From Desulfosudaceae bacterium (lineage in GTDB: Bacteria > Desulfobacterota > Desulfobacteria > Desulfobacterales > Desulfosudaceae): DNA of 64,000 nt. A program made the position numbers and the translations under genes. The stretch spans positions 2,592,001 to 2,656,000 of the forward strand of contig CAXXDV010000003.1 of NCBI GenBank assembly GCA_963674745.2, given 5' to 3'. The notes beneath the pieces were generated by a model. It searched no databases, was not told the origin of the DNA, and saw only the letters and a program-made list of their open reading frames with translations. Below are positions 50,736-61,418 of the stretch, piece after piece; the first letter of the stretch is position 1, and every line of letters begins with the position of its first letter.

Positions 50736-52075
50736 CCGGGAATCAGATTCAGCAAAGAAAAATCATTGCTGTGAACACTGCGGAAAGACATCACATCGGC
50801 CCGGAACACCAGCAGGTTTCTCAACAGGGATAGCAAATAGTTCTGCGGCCCATGCGGCGGGCGGGCAAACCGTCGGGCAATCGAACGCAAACCATAAAAC
50901 CGTTGATATAATGACCAGTAAAGGGTTTCGAGTTCCCGCGGGGTCATGCCCTCCGGGGTGATGACGGCATGGGTGCCGTCATAAAGGGACCAGTTCCGGG
51001 GCAGGTCGGTTTTGACGGTTTCCAGCTCTTCCCATAACCGGCTGCCGGGGATCGGGGTCAGGATATAAAGGGCCAGTTCGTCAATTTTCATGGCTTCCAG
51101 CCGCTGCAGGGTGACCCGGATGGTGGCTTCGTTTTCTTCTGTCAGCCCCAGGATCATGCTGGCAAAAACAACCATGCCCCGCTTGTGGAGGTTGTCGATC
51201 AAGGCACTGTATTGATCGATATCGGCCCACCCCTTTCGAACGCGTTGAAGTCCCCGGGCGGAAAAACTTTCCAGCCCGATATAAGCGGTCTCCATACCGG
51301 CATCCCGGGCCATGTCCAGCAATCGCAGGTCCCGGCCGGCGGCGGGATCCATCTGGGCCAGCCAGTTGACGCGCATGGACTTCATGGCGGAAAACAGCGG
51401 CGGCAGAATTTTCTTGTACGAAAACAGGTTGTCATCGATGAACATGATCCGCCCGGCGGACACGGCCCGGATATCGCGGAGCACGTCTTCCACCGGCCGG
51501 GTCCTTACCTGCCGGCCGTAAAACCGGGTGACCGTGCAATAGCTGCAATTATTGGGGCAGCCCCTGCCGACCCAGACGGGGTAGTATTTGTAGCGGTGTG
51601 GTTTACGATCGATCAGGTCATAACGGGGAGTGGGCAATCCGTCCAGCCGGATATACGCGTCCTGTTGGTAGCGCTTCTTCAGCCTGCCCTGTTGCGCATC
51701 GGCCAGTACCTGCTGCCACACACCCTCGGCCTCGCCGATGACCACCGCGTCGACGTACCGGCCTGCCTCGTCCGGGAAAAAAGAGGCATGAAGACCGCCC
51801 ATCACGACCGGGACACCCCGTTTGCGGTATTCTTCGGCGATCTGGTAGGCCCGCAGCGACTGACCGGTCATGGCCGTGACAGCCACCAGGTCGGCCGGAG
51901 CATCAAAGCATATGCCTTCAAACAGTTCATCGATGACCCGCACCTCGTGTTCTTCAGGCGTCAGGGCAGCCAGGTAAATAAACGAAAGGTTGAGAATTTT
52001 CCCTTCCCGGGCCCGGGTCCGGATCGGCATGCCCCGGCCGTCCAACTGGGTGGGGAAAATGATGGTTATTTTCAA
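50711..52075 (-). CDS. B12-binding domain radical SAM protein
   Basis: VVMGGLHAS, GEAE, RGCPNNCSYC, FIDDN, GLES, TPIPGS; TTG start overlaps the recD stop. Confidence 0.9.
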   Translation of the reverse strand: MKITIIFPTQLDGRGMPIRTRAREGKILNLSFIYLAALTPEEHEVRVIDELFEGICFDAPADLVAVTAMTGQSLRAYQIAEEYRKRGVPVVMGGLHASFFPDEAGRYVDAVVIGEAEGVWQQVLADAQQGRLKKRYQQDAYIRLDGLPTPRYDLIDRKPHRYKYYPVWVGRGCPNNCSYCTVTRFYGRQVRTRPVEDVLRDIRAVSAGRIMFIDDNLFSYKKILPPLFSAMKSMRVNWLAQMDPAAGRDLRLLDMARDAGMETAYIGLESFSARGLQRVRKGWADIDQYSALIDNLHKRGMVVFASMILGLTEENEATIRVTLQRLEAMKIDELALYILTPIPGSRLWEELETVKTDLPRNWSLYDGTHAVITPEGMTPRELETLYWSLYQRFYGLRSIARRFARPPHGPQNYLLSLLRNLLVFRADVMSFRSVHSNDFSLLNLIPGYSARDRA

Positions 52076-53991
52076 GTGACCTCGCGGTGTCTAAATGGTT
52101 TTGCGTTTATTGCCGGACTCAGGGCCTGCAAGGCGTCTTTCAGTCCGGAACGACGGTTGACGACGGCCTGAACAGCCGTTTCCAGGATGGCATCATCGGC
52201 CCAGATGACGACCGACTTTTTTGCCCGGGTCAGGCCGGTATAAACCAGTTCCCGGGTCAGAACGGGAGAGGGGTTTTCCGGCAGTATCATCAGCAGGGAA
52301 TCAAACTCCGAGCCCTGGGATTTGTGAATGGTCATGGCGAATACGGTTTCATGGGGCGGCAGCCGTAACGGTGAAAAGGCCCGCCACTCTCCGGCCGGGT
52401 CCGGGAAACAGGCCTGCCGCCGGCCGGCGGCGTCTTCCCAGATGATACCGACGTCACCGTTGTACAATTTCCGGGTGTAATCATTGCGGGTGATCATGAC
52501 CGGCCGTCCCGGGTAAAACGGGTCCGAAGCATCGATCAGGCCCCGATCGGCCAGTCCTTTTTCCACCATTCGGTTGATGGCTTCCACACCGTATGCGCCG
52601 TTGCGATGGGCGCAGACGATCCGGAACGTGTCCATAGCGGCCAGCGCCGCTTCGACCGAATCCGTCCGACAGATCTTTTGGAAAAACGGCAAGGCGGCCT
52701 GTTTCAGCTGCTTTTCAAGGTTTTCTTTGTCGGGCAACGGCGCCAGGACGACCGTCCCGGAGGTATCATCCTCGAAAACCCGGCGGGTCAAGGCCGCGTC
52801 CCCCTCATTAATGGCCCGGCTGACGGCATTCACCGAAGATCCTTCGGGAAAGCGGTAGTTCTGCTTTAACTCCACAACACAGTCCGCCAGCGAATTGTCA
52901 TCCCCGGCCGGCAATGACGGCAGTTGTTCATCGCAGATTTCCCGGCATTGCTTGCAAAAATCATCAGAGAAGCCTTCACCGGATGAGGCGGCACAGATGT
53001 CCCCCAGAACAGCACCGGCTTCCACGGAGGCCAGCTGGTTTTTATCGCCCAGCAGCACCAGGCGGGTTTTGCGGGTCATGGCTGCCAAAAGTCCGGCCAT
53101 CAGAGACAGGGAAACCATGGACGCTTCATCGACAATGACGATATCCACCGGCAGCCGGCGGTTTTCGTTATACCGGAAACCGGCATCCATGTCGGACGCC
53201 CCCAGAAGACGGTGAATGGTATGAACCGATTCGGGAAACCGTTCCGCCGTTTCCGGCATTTGGGCCGAGATCTGGTTTCTGGCCGCAACCATGGACGCCT
53301 GAAGCCGGGCGGCGGCCTTACCGGTCGGCGCACACAGCGCGATGGACATACCCGGCTGCTGGGCCAGCAGTAATCCGATAATCCGGGCGGCGGTAAATGT
53401 CTTGCCGGTTCCCGGCCCGCCGGTAATGATGCAGACATTCCGCGTCAGGGCCGCAAAAGCCGCCACCTTCTGCCAGTTCACCTCCGGGGATTTACCCGAC
53501 GGCGGAAAACAGCGGGCCAGGTCTTTTTTTAGCCGCTTAAAATCAATGCCCCCCGGCCGATTGAACAACCGTTCCCGGAAACCCGCCGCCAGTTGCTGCT
53601 CGTATTGCCAGTAACGGAAAAGGTAAAGCCGCCGACCGGCCCGATCAAGCACCAGCGGGGCATAATCGCCGGGAGCACCAACCACCGGGCTGTCGGCGAT
53701 GCGGTCCATCCAGGCATCTGCCGGCGGTGTGAGCATATCATCGGCCGGGCTGTCTGTGTCCGGGCCGGCATCGTCCAGGAGGCTGAGAAGCGGTTTGGCG
53801 GCCCAGTCGTCAAAATCCAGGCAGACGTGTTTGCCCCTGCCTACCGTATTGTTCAGCAACACGCAGGCCAGGTACAAATCATCGCCGCCGCTGTTTTCGG
53901 AAAGCCTGGCCATCAGTTCCGTAAACCGGATATCAATGTCCGTCAGCAGGCCCTTATCGTACAGTTGTTGAATAGGGTAAACGCTCATCAA
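52072..53991 (-). CDS. recD: Exodeoxyribonuclease V alpha subunit
   Basis: GGPGTGKT, APTGKAAARL, TIHRLLG, VDEASM, GDKNQLASVEAG, TIHKSQGSEF. Confidence 0.96.
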   Translation of the reverse strand: MMSVYPIQQLYDKGLLTDIDIRFTELMARLSENSGGDDLYLACVLLNNTVGRGKHVCLDFDDWAAKPLLSLLDDAGPDTDSPADDMLTPPADAWMDRIADSPVVGAPGDYAPLVLDRAGRRLYLFRYWQYEQQLAAGFRERLFNRPGGIDFKRLKKDLARCFPPSGKSPEVNWQKVAAFAALTRNVCIITGGPGTGKTFTAARIIGLLLAQQPGMSIALCAPTGKAAARLQASMVAARNQISAQMPETAERFPESVHTIHRLLGASDMDAGFRYNENRRLPVDIVIVDEASMVSLSLMAGLLAAMTRKTRLVLLGDKNQLASVEAGAVLGDICAASSGEGFSDDFCKQCREICDEQLPSLPAGDDNSLADCVVELKQNYRFPEGSSVNAVSRAINEGDAALTRRVFEDDTSGTVVLAPLPDKENLEKQLKQAALPFFQKICRTDSVEAALAAMDTFRIVCAHRNGAYGVEAINRMVEKGLADRGLIDASDPFYPGRPVMITRNDYTRKLYNGDVGIIWEDAAGRRQACFPDPAGEWRAFSPLRLPPHETVFAMTIHKSQGSEFDSLLMILPENPSPVLTRELVYTGLTRAKKSVVIWADDAILETAVQAVVNRRSGLKDALQALSPAINAKPFRHREVT

Positions 53992-53992
53992 A

Positions 53993-56900
53993 TTATCCCA
54001 GTACCCGTTCGAGTCTTTCCACCGCGGCTTTTTCCGGACGGTCGAAATAAACCCCGTTGCCGGGGATGTCGGGATTCACACCCCGGACGAAAAGATAGAC
54101 GGCCCCGCCGAAATGGGTGTCATAATCATAATCCGGCAGGCGGTGGCCCAGGTACCGGTGAAGGGCCACGGTATAAATATAGTACTGCAGATAGTATGAT
54201 TCGTCCGCTATACACCGGTGCAGTTGTGGAAAGGCATAATCGTCGGGATCATATCCCAGGTGGTTGGTCTTCCAGTCCAGCAGATAAAACCTCCCTTCAT
54301 GCGCAAACACCAGGTCGATAAACCCCCGCATATACCCGTGCAGCGGCCGGAACTCGAGGCGCTCACTGCCGGCGAAAAGATCCCGGCCCCTGTCATCATC
54401 CACGGCTGCCGACCGTCCCAGCGCCCTTCGCAGGCCTTCCGGGGTGATTCGCCGGATGGGATAATAAAAGCCCATCTCGGTGATCATCCGGTCGCGGGAA
54501 AGCCCGCCCAGTGCAAACCCGGGGGCATGGGGAAGCACCGGCGCCCGGAGCACATCCGTAACCATCTGATAAACCACCTTGTTCCAGAACCCGCCGGTGG
54601 ACGACGGTTTATCCAGGCCGTAACGCCTCAAGTTGATATCGATCAATTCCCCGGCATCATCCGGGCTGGAAAGTGAAAAATCCAGCTGTTCAAAAATGGA
54701 ATGAACGCACAGGCCCGGCACCGCACCGGCCGGAAAATCGAAAATGGTACCTTCCCATGGGCGGCCCTCGTCCGACACCTTTTTAGAAAATTCATCCTGT
54801 TTGATTTCATCGTCTTCCCGCGGCGGGGATGCCGTCCGCCCGATGGCGGACAGGTAGGTAAAACTGGCAATGCCCCATTCCTGGTCAATACGATCACCGG
54901 AGAACTGTTTCGGTTGTAAAACGGGTTTTTTGGGCTCTGCAGTCGGGCGATAAGGCCCGTATGAACCCGGCAGGTAACGCTCGACATGGATAAAATTCGC
55001 AGCCGGCTGAAGCCGTTCTTTCACCAACTGATAAAGGGCTTCGGCATCGATATCTTTCATCTGTGCCTGTAACTTTTCCAACCGGCCATCATCCGGCAGG
55101 CCGCCGTTCATCACATAGTCTAGGGCGGTCACACCGGACAAACCGATTTGACCAATCCTGCCGTAAACCAGGTAACAGCGGTTAATGGCCCGGGTCACCG
55201 CCACGTAAAGCAGTCGGACCAACTCTGACAGGTTTTCCCGGTAAGCAGACCGGGTATGTGCCTCATCTCCGGTACCGATATCCATCATCAACTGCTGCTG
55301 ATCATGGAAAATCACATTATCCGGCCTTACCGCCGCGCCTTTGTCCCACAGAAAGGGACAGAACACAATGGGATACTGCAGGCCTTTGCTTTTCCAGATG
55401 GTCACGATCTGTACGGCCTCATCATCCCGTTCCAGGCGCAACTGTTCCTCATCAGACATTTCTTCTTCGGTACCGTGCCTTTCCCTGATCCAGTCCAGCA
55501 GGCCGTTCATGCCCAGCCGGCATGTCACCGCGGCCTGATGGATCAATTCCGCCAGGTGCAGCACATTGGTCAGCCGCCTTTCACCGTCAGGGAAGTCCAG
55601 CAGCCTTAAACGGACATGATAATCGGACAGAAACCGCCGAAACGCGCGCATTAACCCGACCGACCGCCAGAGTTCGTGATATTCACCGAAATTGCGCAAA
55701 TGGTCGTCATATTCCGCGTAGCGGCCGTCATCTTCACCAAAGGCCTGAAGGTCCGCCGCGGAACAGCCGATGAGGTCGTCCGCCAGGGCCGCATTGACCA
55801 GCCTGTAATCCGTAGGGGCGGCCATGGCCGATAATACCCGTTCCACTGACAGGGCCTCTTCGGTTGTAAACACACTGCCGGTCCTGGATATCACCGCCGG
55901 AACATTCAACGCCGACAGGCGGTCCTTGATCCGGCCGGCATCCTGGTTACGGGTAATCAGAACGGCAATGTCCGCCGGTCCAAGCGGCCGATCTCCGACC
56001 AGAACGGCGCCCCTGGCGGACAGGTTCAACAGGCGGGCTATTTCTCCGGCCACGGCATCCATCACCACCTGTCGAGCGGTTTCTTTGTTCAGTTTAGCCA
56101 TTCGCCCGTCGTCATCTGTTCCGACAAACCACAGCTTGGCATGACCGGCCCCGTCACCGTTCATCCGTAACGGCAAGCGATTGCCAATGTTGTCTGGATC
56201 GGCGGTGACCGGGGCAAACCCGATGGCCTCCCCCAACACAAAGGGATTAGCGGTCTGGCCGAAAAGGCAGTTAACCGCCTCCACCAGGGGTGTTTCAGAG
56301 CGCCAGTTCCGGGGCAAAGCGTACTTCCTGTCGGACGGGACGTTTTTTGCGGCCTGGATATAGGAAAACACATCAGCACTACGAAAGGCAAAAATAGACT
56401 GCTTGGGGTCACCGATTAAAAAAAGGCTGTGGGTATCGACATTAAAAAGCCGGTCAAAAATCTCATGTTGAACCGGGTCCGTATCCTGGAACTCGTCGAT
56501 CAGGACCGCCCGATACCGGTCACGAATGGCCGATGTGAGCAGGCCTTTACGGTCGGCGGCCAGGGCCTTTTGCAGGCCTGACAGCAAATCGTTGAAATAC
56601 TGTACGTTACTGTCCTGCTTGCGGCGGACCAGTTCCTGCTCCAGGTACTGCCTGAAGGCATGCCGGTAATAAACAGCGCAGGCATCCTCGGCCGTCACAT
56701 AGCGCTGGCAGCATTCAAAAAAAGAATGTGCCGGTATGCCCAGGTGCGTTTTCGACGGCTTGAGGTTTTGCCGCATAAAATCCGGGGTTAAACGTCCGAA
56801 GACGGCCAGCCCGGCCGTGTCGATGTCTTCATTGAAAATCCGGTCCAGTTCTGCGGCGTATTCTTCGACCGCCTCCGCTTTGAAGGTATCCTTGCTGCGC

Positions 56901-57637
56901 CTGAGGCCATAATCATCGGACTTGAGCAGATCCATGATACGGCCGCGTTCTTTATCCCAGCGGTCGCGGGCGTCGTCAAATGCCTGAAGTAATTGCCGGG
57001 AGGGATCCCCGACGTTCGAAATCGGGATCAGTTCCAACATCGGCTTATTGATCAATATATCGGAAAAACGAACCAGGTGGTCGACAGACAGCAACCGCTT
57101 TATCGCCACGGCGCATAAGAGTTTGGGGGCCCGGATGAAGTTCCGCCGCCAGAAATCATCGACCACTTCCCGGACAAACCGGCTCTGGTCGGTCACCAGT
57201 TCGACATTGAACCGCAACGAAGACTCAAAAGCGAATTGATTCAGAATCCGGTTGCAGAAACCGTGAATGGTAAAAATACCGGCTTCATCAAAAGACAGGA
57301 CGGCTTTTCGCAGGGCTTTGGCCACGGTTTTTTCGTCACTGTGTTGAACCGCCTGCCTGACAACGGCTGCTGCGACGGGATTATCCCACGAATCCGGTTC
57401 ATCGATGAGTAACCGGGCCCGGGAAAGGGTTTGCCTGATCCGTTCCCGCAACTCCGTGGTGGCGGCTTCGGTGAAAGTCACCGCCAGGATGCGGCTGATG
57501 TCAAGACGGGCCTCGGCCACCAGCCGCAATATCAGATTGGTAATGGTGAAGGTTTTCCCGGTCCCCGCGCTGGCCTCGATCAAGTGGATTCCACGCAGGG
57601 GTACCGACAGAATGTCAAAAGGCGTAAATCCGGTCAT
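53993..57637 (-). CDS. recB: Exodeoxyribonuclease V beta subunit
   Basis: EASAGTGKTFTI, IDEFQDTD, IGDPKQSI, RLLYVAVTRA, GFIDLVF...LDWKTN nuclease domain. Confidence 0.96.
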   Translation of the reverse strand: MTGFTPFDILSVPLRGIHLIEASAGTGKTFTITNLILRLVAEARLDISRILAVTFTEAATTELRERIRQTLSRARLLIDEPDSWDNPVAAAVVRQAVQHSDEKTVAKALRKAVLSFDEAGIFTIHGFCNRILNQFAFESSLRFNVELVTDQSRFVREVVDDFWRRNFIRAPKLLCAVAIKRLLSVDHLVRFSDILINKPMLELIPISNVGDPSRQLLQAFDDARDRWDKERGRIMDLLKSDDYGLRRSKDTFKAEAVEEYAAELDRIFNEDIDTAGLAVFGRLTPDFMRQNLKPSKTHLGIPAHSFFECCQRYVTAEDACAVYYRHAFRQYLEQELVRRKQDSNVQYFNDLLSGLQKALAADRKGLLTSAIRDRYRAVLIDEFQDTDPVQHEIFDRLFNVDTHSLFLIGDPKQSIFAFRSADVFSYIQAAKNVPSDRKYALPRNWRSETPLVEAVNCLFGQTANPFVLGEAIGFAPVTADPDNIGNRLPLRMNGDGAGHAKLWFVGTDDDGRMAKLNKETARQVVMDAVAGEIARLLNLSARGAVLVGDRPLGPADIAVLITRNQDAGRIKDRLSALNVPAVISRTGSVFTTEEALSVERVLSAMAAPTDYRLVNAALADDLIGCSAADLQAFGEDDGRYAEYDDHLRNFGEYHELWRSVGLMRAFRRFLSDYHVRLRLLDFPDGERRLTNVLHLAELIHQAAVTCRLGMNGLLDWIRERHGTEEEMSDEEQLRLERDDEAVQIVTIWKSKGLQYPIVFCPFLWDKGAAVRPDNVIFHDQQQLMMDIGTGDEAHTRSAYRENLSELVRLLYVAVTRAINRCYLVYGRIGQIGLSGVTALDYVMNGGLPDDGRLEKLQAQMKDIDAEALYQLVKERLQPAANFIHVERYLPGSYGPYRPTAEPKKPVLQPKQFSGDRIDQEWGIASFTYLSAIGRTASPPREDDEIKQDEFSKKVSDEGRPWEGTIFDFPAGAVPGLCVHSIFEQLDFSLSSPDDAGELIDINLRRYGLDKPSSTGGFWNKVVYQMVTDVLRAPVLPHAPGFALGGLSRDRMITEMGFYYPIRRITPEGLRRALGRSAAVDDDRGRDLFAGSERLEFRPLHGYMRGFIDLVFAHEGRFYLLDWKTNHLGYDPDDYAFPQLHRCIADESYYLQYYIYTVALHRYLGHRLPDYDYDTHFGGAVYLFVRGVNPDIPGNGVYFDRPEKAAVERLERVLG

Positions 57638-57688
57638 AAAACGGGCAACAACAAAGCCATGTTATTTAACGGCCGATCCATCATTGAC

Positions 57689-59278
57689 CTACTTTCCACC
57701 GCGCACGGCACGGGCATAATAGGTTCCCGTCTTTTCGCCGTATGCGCTTTCACCGGTGGAAAAGTTGATGAGCCAGGCCTCATCCGGATAGTAAGCGCTG
57801 GTGGTAGACGACCAGTAATAGGCCAGTAAAGCGTCCGGGAAAACGGCGGTATCAGTAGCCGGATTGCCGGCTTCTATTTCCACGATTGAAAAAAGTTCCT
57901 TAATGCTGGGCAAACGCCAGTCATCAAACCCGGCCAGCGTCATATTACTGCACCATTCCAGCGCCTCCTGCCAGGTCATGGTGGCCATGGATGCGCCCCG
58001 GGCCCACGTCAGGCCGGTGGTGCTGTCGGTCACCGTATTGTTGGCATTCACTGTAAATGAAGGTGTCGATTGAACGCCACGAACCGCCCGCGCGTAAAAG
58101 GAACCCGGCGCACTGATCGTGTAACACCGGCCGTCAAGGTAGTTGAGACGACAGGAGCCGCTGGTATCGTCTGCCGGATCGACAAACGCCAGGTAGGCGC
58201 CTTTGGCCGTGTTCAGAAAATAGTCGATATCAATCGCCGGGGTATAGCTGCTGAAATCGGTAATGTAGAACAGATCTTTGATCGTCGGCATCCGCCAGTC
58301 GTCATAACCGCCAAACTGACCGGCATTGAGCGAAGCGATAAAATTATCGTCAACCGTATACCAGGTATAACGATTGTCTCTATCATGAATGCTGCTATCA
58401 TCGGTTTTGACTTCCCAGATCAGACCGGTGGCATTGTCCCGGACCATGGCCCATGAAGCAGCATCACCCGGCAGCTCAATGCCGGTGTCATCCAATTTTG
58501 TATAGTAAGGCGGGTTGATCGAATAAAAGGCGTCCTGGCCATAGAAAGCCTGTCCCTGGGCCGGGCAGTCAATAATCGTCCCTTTTCTATCATAACAATC
58601 GTCCTGCCCGGTGTCCGGCAGGAGCGGACAGTTCTCGTCAACCTGCCCGTCACAGTCATCATCGATATCATTAACGCAAATATCCGGCATGCCCGGGTTA
58701 ATGTCGGGGTTGGCGTCATCACAATCCACGGCTTTGCCACAATCGGCCTGGACAAAATAGCCATCACCGTCGGCGTCTGTACAATTAACACAGTTATCGT
58801 CAATCAGACCGTCGCAGTTGTTATCCAGGCCGTCGCCACAGACCTCGTAGGTGCCGGGGTTGATCTCCGGTTCCGTATCGTCGCAGTCGATTGGCGTACC
58901 GCATCCGCTCTGGGCGAAATAGCCGTCATTATCTGCATCCGTACAGGCACAGCCTTCGTTTATCAGACCATCACAGTTATTATCAATACCGTCACCGCAA
59001 ACTTCCGCCACGCCGGGATTAATGTCCGGGTCGCTATCATTACAATCGCGTTTATCGGTAACATAGCCATCGGGTTTGGTCGTTTTCCGGATGGTATCGT
59101 TCGGATCCCCGTATCCATCTCCGTCCGCATCACGGTGATAAAAAAGCCCTTCCGTATCGGATGAGTACCCCCCCCCGCTGCTACCGCCGGTGCCGATGAT
59201 GGACACCAGACCGATGATAAGAATTGCCAGCAACCCGGCCAAACGAAAGGCGTTAAAAATTCTAGGGGACCGTTTCAT
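57689..59278 (-). CDS. Surface protein with 3 Cys/Asp metal-binding (MopE-like) repeats and 2 DUF1566 (Lcl) domains
   Basis: DADGDGY...DCDD...PG..EVCGDGIDNNCDG x3; DTGQ, DNATGLIWE, GYDDWRMPT, YYWSSTT, RAVRG. Confidence 0.88.
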   Translation of the reverse strand: MKRSPRIFNAFRLAGLLAILIIGLVSIIGTGGSSGGGYSSDTEGLFYHRDADGDGYGDPNDTIRKTTKPDGYVTDKRDCNDSDPDINPGVAEVCGDGIDNNCDGLINEGCACTDADNDGYFAQSGCGTPIDCDDTEPEINPGTYEVCGDGLDNNCDGLIDDNCVNCTDADGDGYFVQADCGKAVDCDDANPDINPGMPDICVNDIDDDCDGQVDENCPLLPDTGQDDCYDRKGTIIDCPAQGQAFYGQDAFYSINPPYYTKLDDTGIELPGDAASWAMVRDNATGLIWEVKTDDSSIHDRDNRYTWYTVDDNFIASLNAGQFGGYDDWRMPTIKDLFYITDFSSYTPAIDIDYFLNTAKGAYLAFVDPADDTSGSCRLNYLDGRCYTISAPGSFYARAVRGVQSTPSFTVNANNTVTDSTTGLTWARGASMATMTWQEALEWCSNMTLAGFDDWRLPSIKELFSIVEIEAGNPATDTAVFPDALLAYYWSSTTSAYYPDEAWLINFSTGESAYGEKTGTYYARAVRGGK

Positions 59279-59352
59279 TATTTTCTCCTTTGTCCTGACA
59301 GCATTAAGATCAGATAACCCCTTTATGTTAATCAGTTCGAGTCATCCTGTCA

Positions 59353-60936
59353 CTATGGCGTACCACCCCGTCCGCCACGGACAGCGCGCACGTAATACCG
59401 GCCCGTTTTATTGCCGTAACCGTTGTTGCCATAAGAAAAGCCGACGAGCCAGGCGTTATCCGGATAATAGGCATGTGTCGTCGATGACCAGTAGTAGGAA
59501 GACGTCGTATCCGGGAAATAATTGATATCGATCATCTGTCCGTCGGCATTGTCATCCACCAGGGATTTCAGCTCCTTTACCGTGGGCATCCGCCAGTCTT
59601 CATATCCGGCCAGGGAAAGGTCTTCGCACCAGGCCAGGGCTTCTTCCCAGGTCATGTTGCTCGCGGATGAACGCTTGTCCCACATCAGGCCGCTGTTATC
59701 ATCCGTTATTGTTCCATCCATGTTATCCGTCAAGGACACCGTCTGCTGATGGCCCCGAACAGCGCGCACATAATAATATTGATCCGACAGGTTTGAGGTA
59801 TTGTCCTGACCGTATATGAAGTTGACGGCAAGGACACCATTGGCATTATTATCGGCATCGCCGGATGCCCAGTAGTAAGATAACATGGTATTCTGAAAAT
59901 AATAAGTATCAACGGCCGGTCCAAAGGTGCCGTAGTTGACAATGGACATCAACTCTTCTACCGTGGGCAGCCGCCAGTCGTCATAACCACCGTAAAGCTC
60001 GGCGTTAAGCGTATCGATAAAATCATTCACGATATACCAGGCATAGCGATTATCCTTATCATGGGTACCGCCCTCATCGGTCTTAACCTCCCAGATCAGG
60101 CCGGTGACATTGTCCTGCACCATGGCCTCGCCGTTGCCGATAAGCCAGGTATAAGACGGCGGGTTAATGGCATAGGAGGCATCCTGCCCGTACAAAGCCC
60201 TGCCCGGGACCGGGCAGGTCGTCTCACCGCCGGCTCTGTTGTAACAGGTTGTCTGGCCGGTATCCGGGATTCTCGCATCAGCCGTACCGCAGCTCAGGTC
60301 CTGGCCGTCACAGTCACTATCCACGCCATCGCCGCATATTTCCGCCGCACCTGGAAAGATATCGGCATCGCCGTCATCGCAGTCCACAGCCGTGCCGCAG
60401 TTACCTTCGACATAAAAACCGTCCGCATCCGCGTCCGTACAGGTACACCCCTCGTCAATCTGCCCATTGCAGTTGTTATCGACGCTATCCCAGCAGACTT
60501 CGGCGACACCGGGATGAATCGCGGCATCGGCATCATTACAATCCACATTGGTACCGCAACCGAACTGGACAAAATAACCATCACCGTCATCATCCGTGCA
60601 GATACAACCCACATCGATTTCTCCATCGCAGTTATTGTCAATACCGTCGTCACAACGCTCTATCGCGCCGGGATGAACGGCCGGGTTGCTGTCATCACAG
60701 TCCGTCTTATTGCTTACATATTGCCCCAGCGGCATGGAGGTAAACTCAGCGGCATTGCCGGCATCGCCGTACCCGTCCCCATCCGCATCACGGTAATAGG
60801 TCATGCTTTTTTCGGATGCCGGCGAATAGCTGCCGCTCCCGCCGGTGCCGATAATTGACACCAGCCCCAGAATGATAATGGCCATCAATCCGGTAAAACG
60901 AATCACATTATAAAATCCGGAAGGGGGCTGTTTCAT
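59353..60936 (-). CDS. Paralogous surface protein with 3 MopE-like repeats and 2 DUF1566 domains
   Basis: Same architecture and motifs as 57689-59278. Confidence 0.88.
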   Translation of the reverse strand: MKQPPSGFYNVIRFTGLMAIIILGLVSIIGTGGSGSYSPASEKSMTYYRDADGDGYGDAGNAAEFTSMPLGQYVSNKTDCDDSNPAVHPGAIERCDDGIDNNCDGEIDVGCICTDDDGDGYFVQFGCGTNVDCNDADAAIHPGVAEVCWDSVDNNCNGQIDEGCTCTDADADGFYVEGNCGTAVDCDDGDADIFPGAAEICGDGVDSDCDGQDLSCGTADARIPDTGQTTCYNRAGGETTCPVPGRALYGQDASYAINPPSYTWLIGNGEAMVQDNVTGLIWEVKTDEGGTHDKDNRYAWYIVNDFIDTLNAELYGGYDDWRLPTVEELMSIVNYGTFGPAVDTYYFQNTMLSYYWASGDADNNANGVLAVNFIYGQDNTSNLSDQYYYVRAVRGHQQTVSLTDNMDGTITDDNSGLMWDKRSSASNMTWEEALAWCEDLSLAGYEDWRMPTVKELKSLVDDNADGQMIDINYFPDTTSSYYWSSTTHAYYPDNAWLVGFSYGNNGYGNKTGRYYVRAVRGGRGGTP

Positions 60937-61418
60937 GATGTTCTCCTTTTGTCCTGACTGTATATTAGAATCAGATAAGCGACAACGGCGCCTGTAATGA
61001 TAGCGATCATATCATGATTGCTGTATGATCCACCTGTAAAATAATGACGGGTGTTCTCCAGCAGAAAAATACCGTCAAACCAGTCCGGAACAAGTCCGGC
61101 CGCCTGTGCGCTGTATTTCTGGCCCAGCTCAAAAGCGCCGTCAACGACCAGCCAGAACAGGCAGATGACCAGGCAGCTCCGGCGACCGCCGTTCACGATA
61201 CCGGCTGTCAGAAAGATAAATGCCATAACATGCAGCAGATCCGGTAGAAATTTGCTGATACTTCCGAACAGGGGCGGGTAAATATTATAAAGACTGAGCT
61301 GAACGGGAAGAACCGAGACAAACCAGGTCTGATCCGGCGGCCGATCGATCAGGTATACCAGCATCCCGATCAGCAACATCAGGATGCCGGATAATATATA
61401 TCCCATGTTGACCTTCAT
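60933..61418 (-). CDS. Membrane protein with VanZ-like ExxQ...D motif
   Basis: About four TMs, LPDLLH, FELGQ, GSYSNHD; ATGA overlap with the DUF1566 gene; start uncertain. Confidence 0.65.
   Translation of the reverse strand: MKVNMGYILSGILMLLIGMLVYLIDRPPDQTWFVSVLPVQLSLYNIYPPLFGSISKFLPDLLHVMAFIFLTAGIVNGGRRSCLVICLFWLVVDGAFELGQKYSAQAAGLVPDWFDGIFLLENTRHYFTGGSYSNHDMIAIITGAVVAYLILIYSQDKRRTS

Noticed and set aside
57689..59500. Diversity-generating retroelement TR/VR pair in the DUF1566 3' ends
   Set aside because: Differences between the paralogues include many synonymous, non-adenine changes, and no reverse transcriptase is present.
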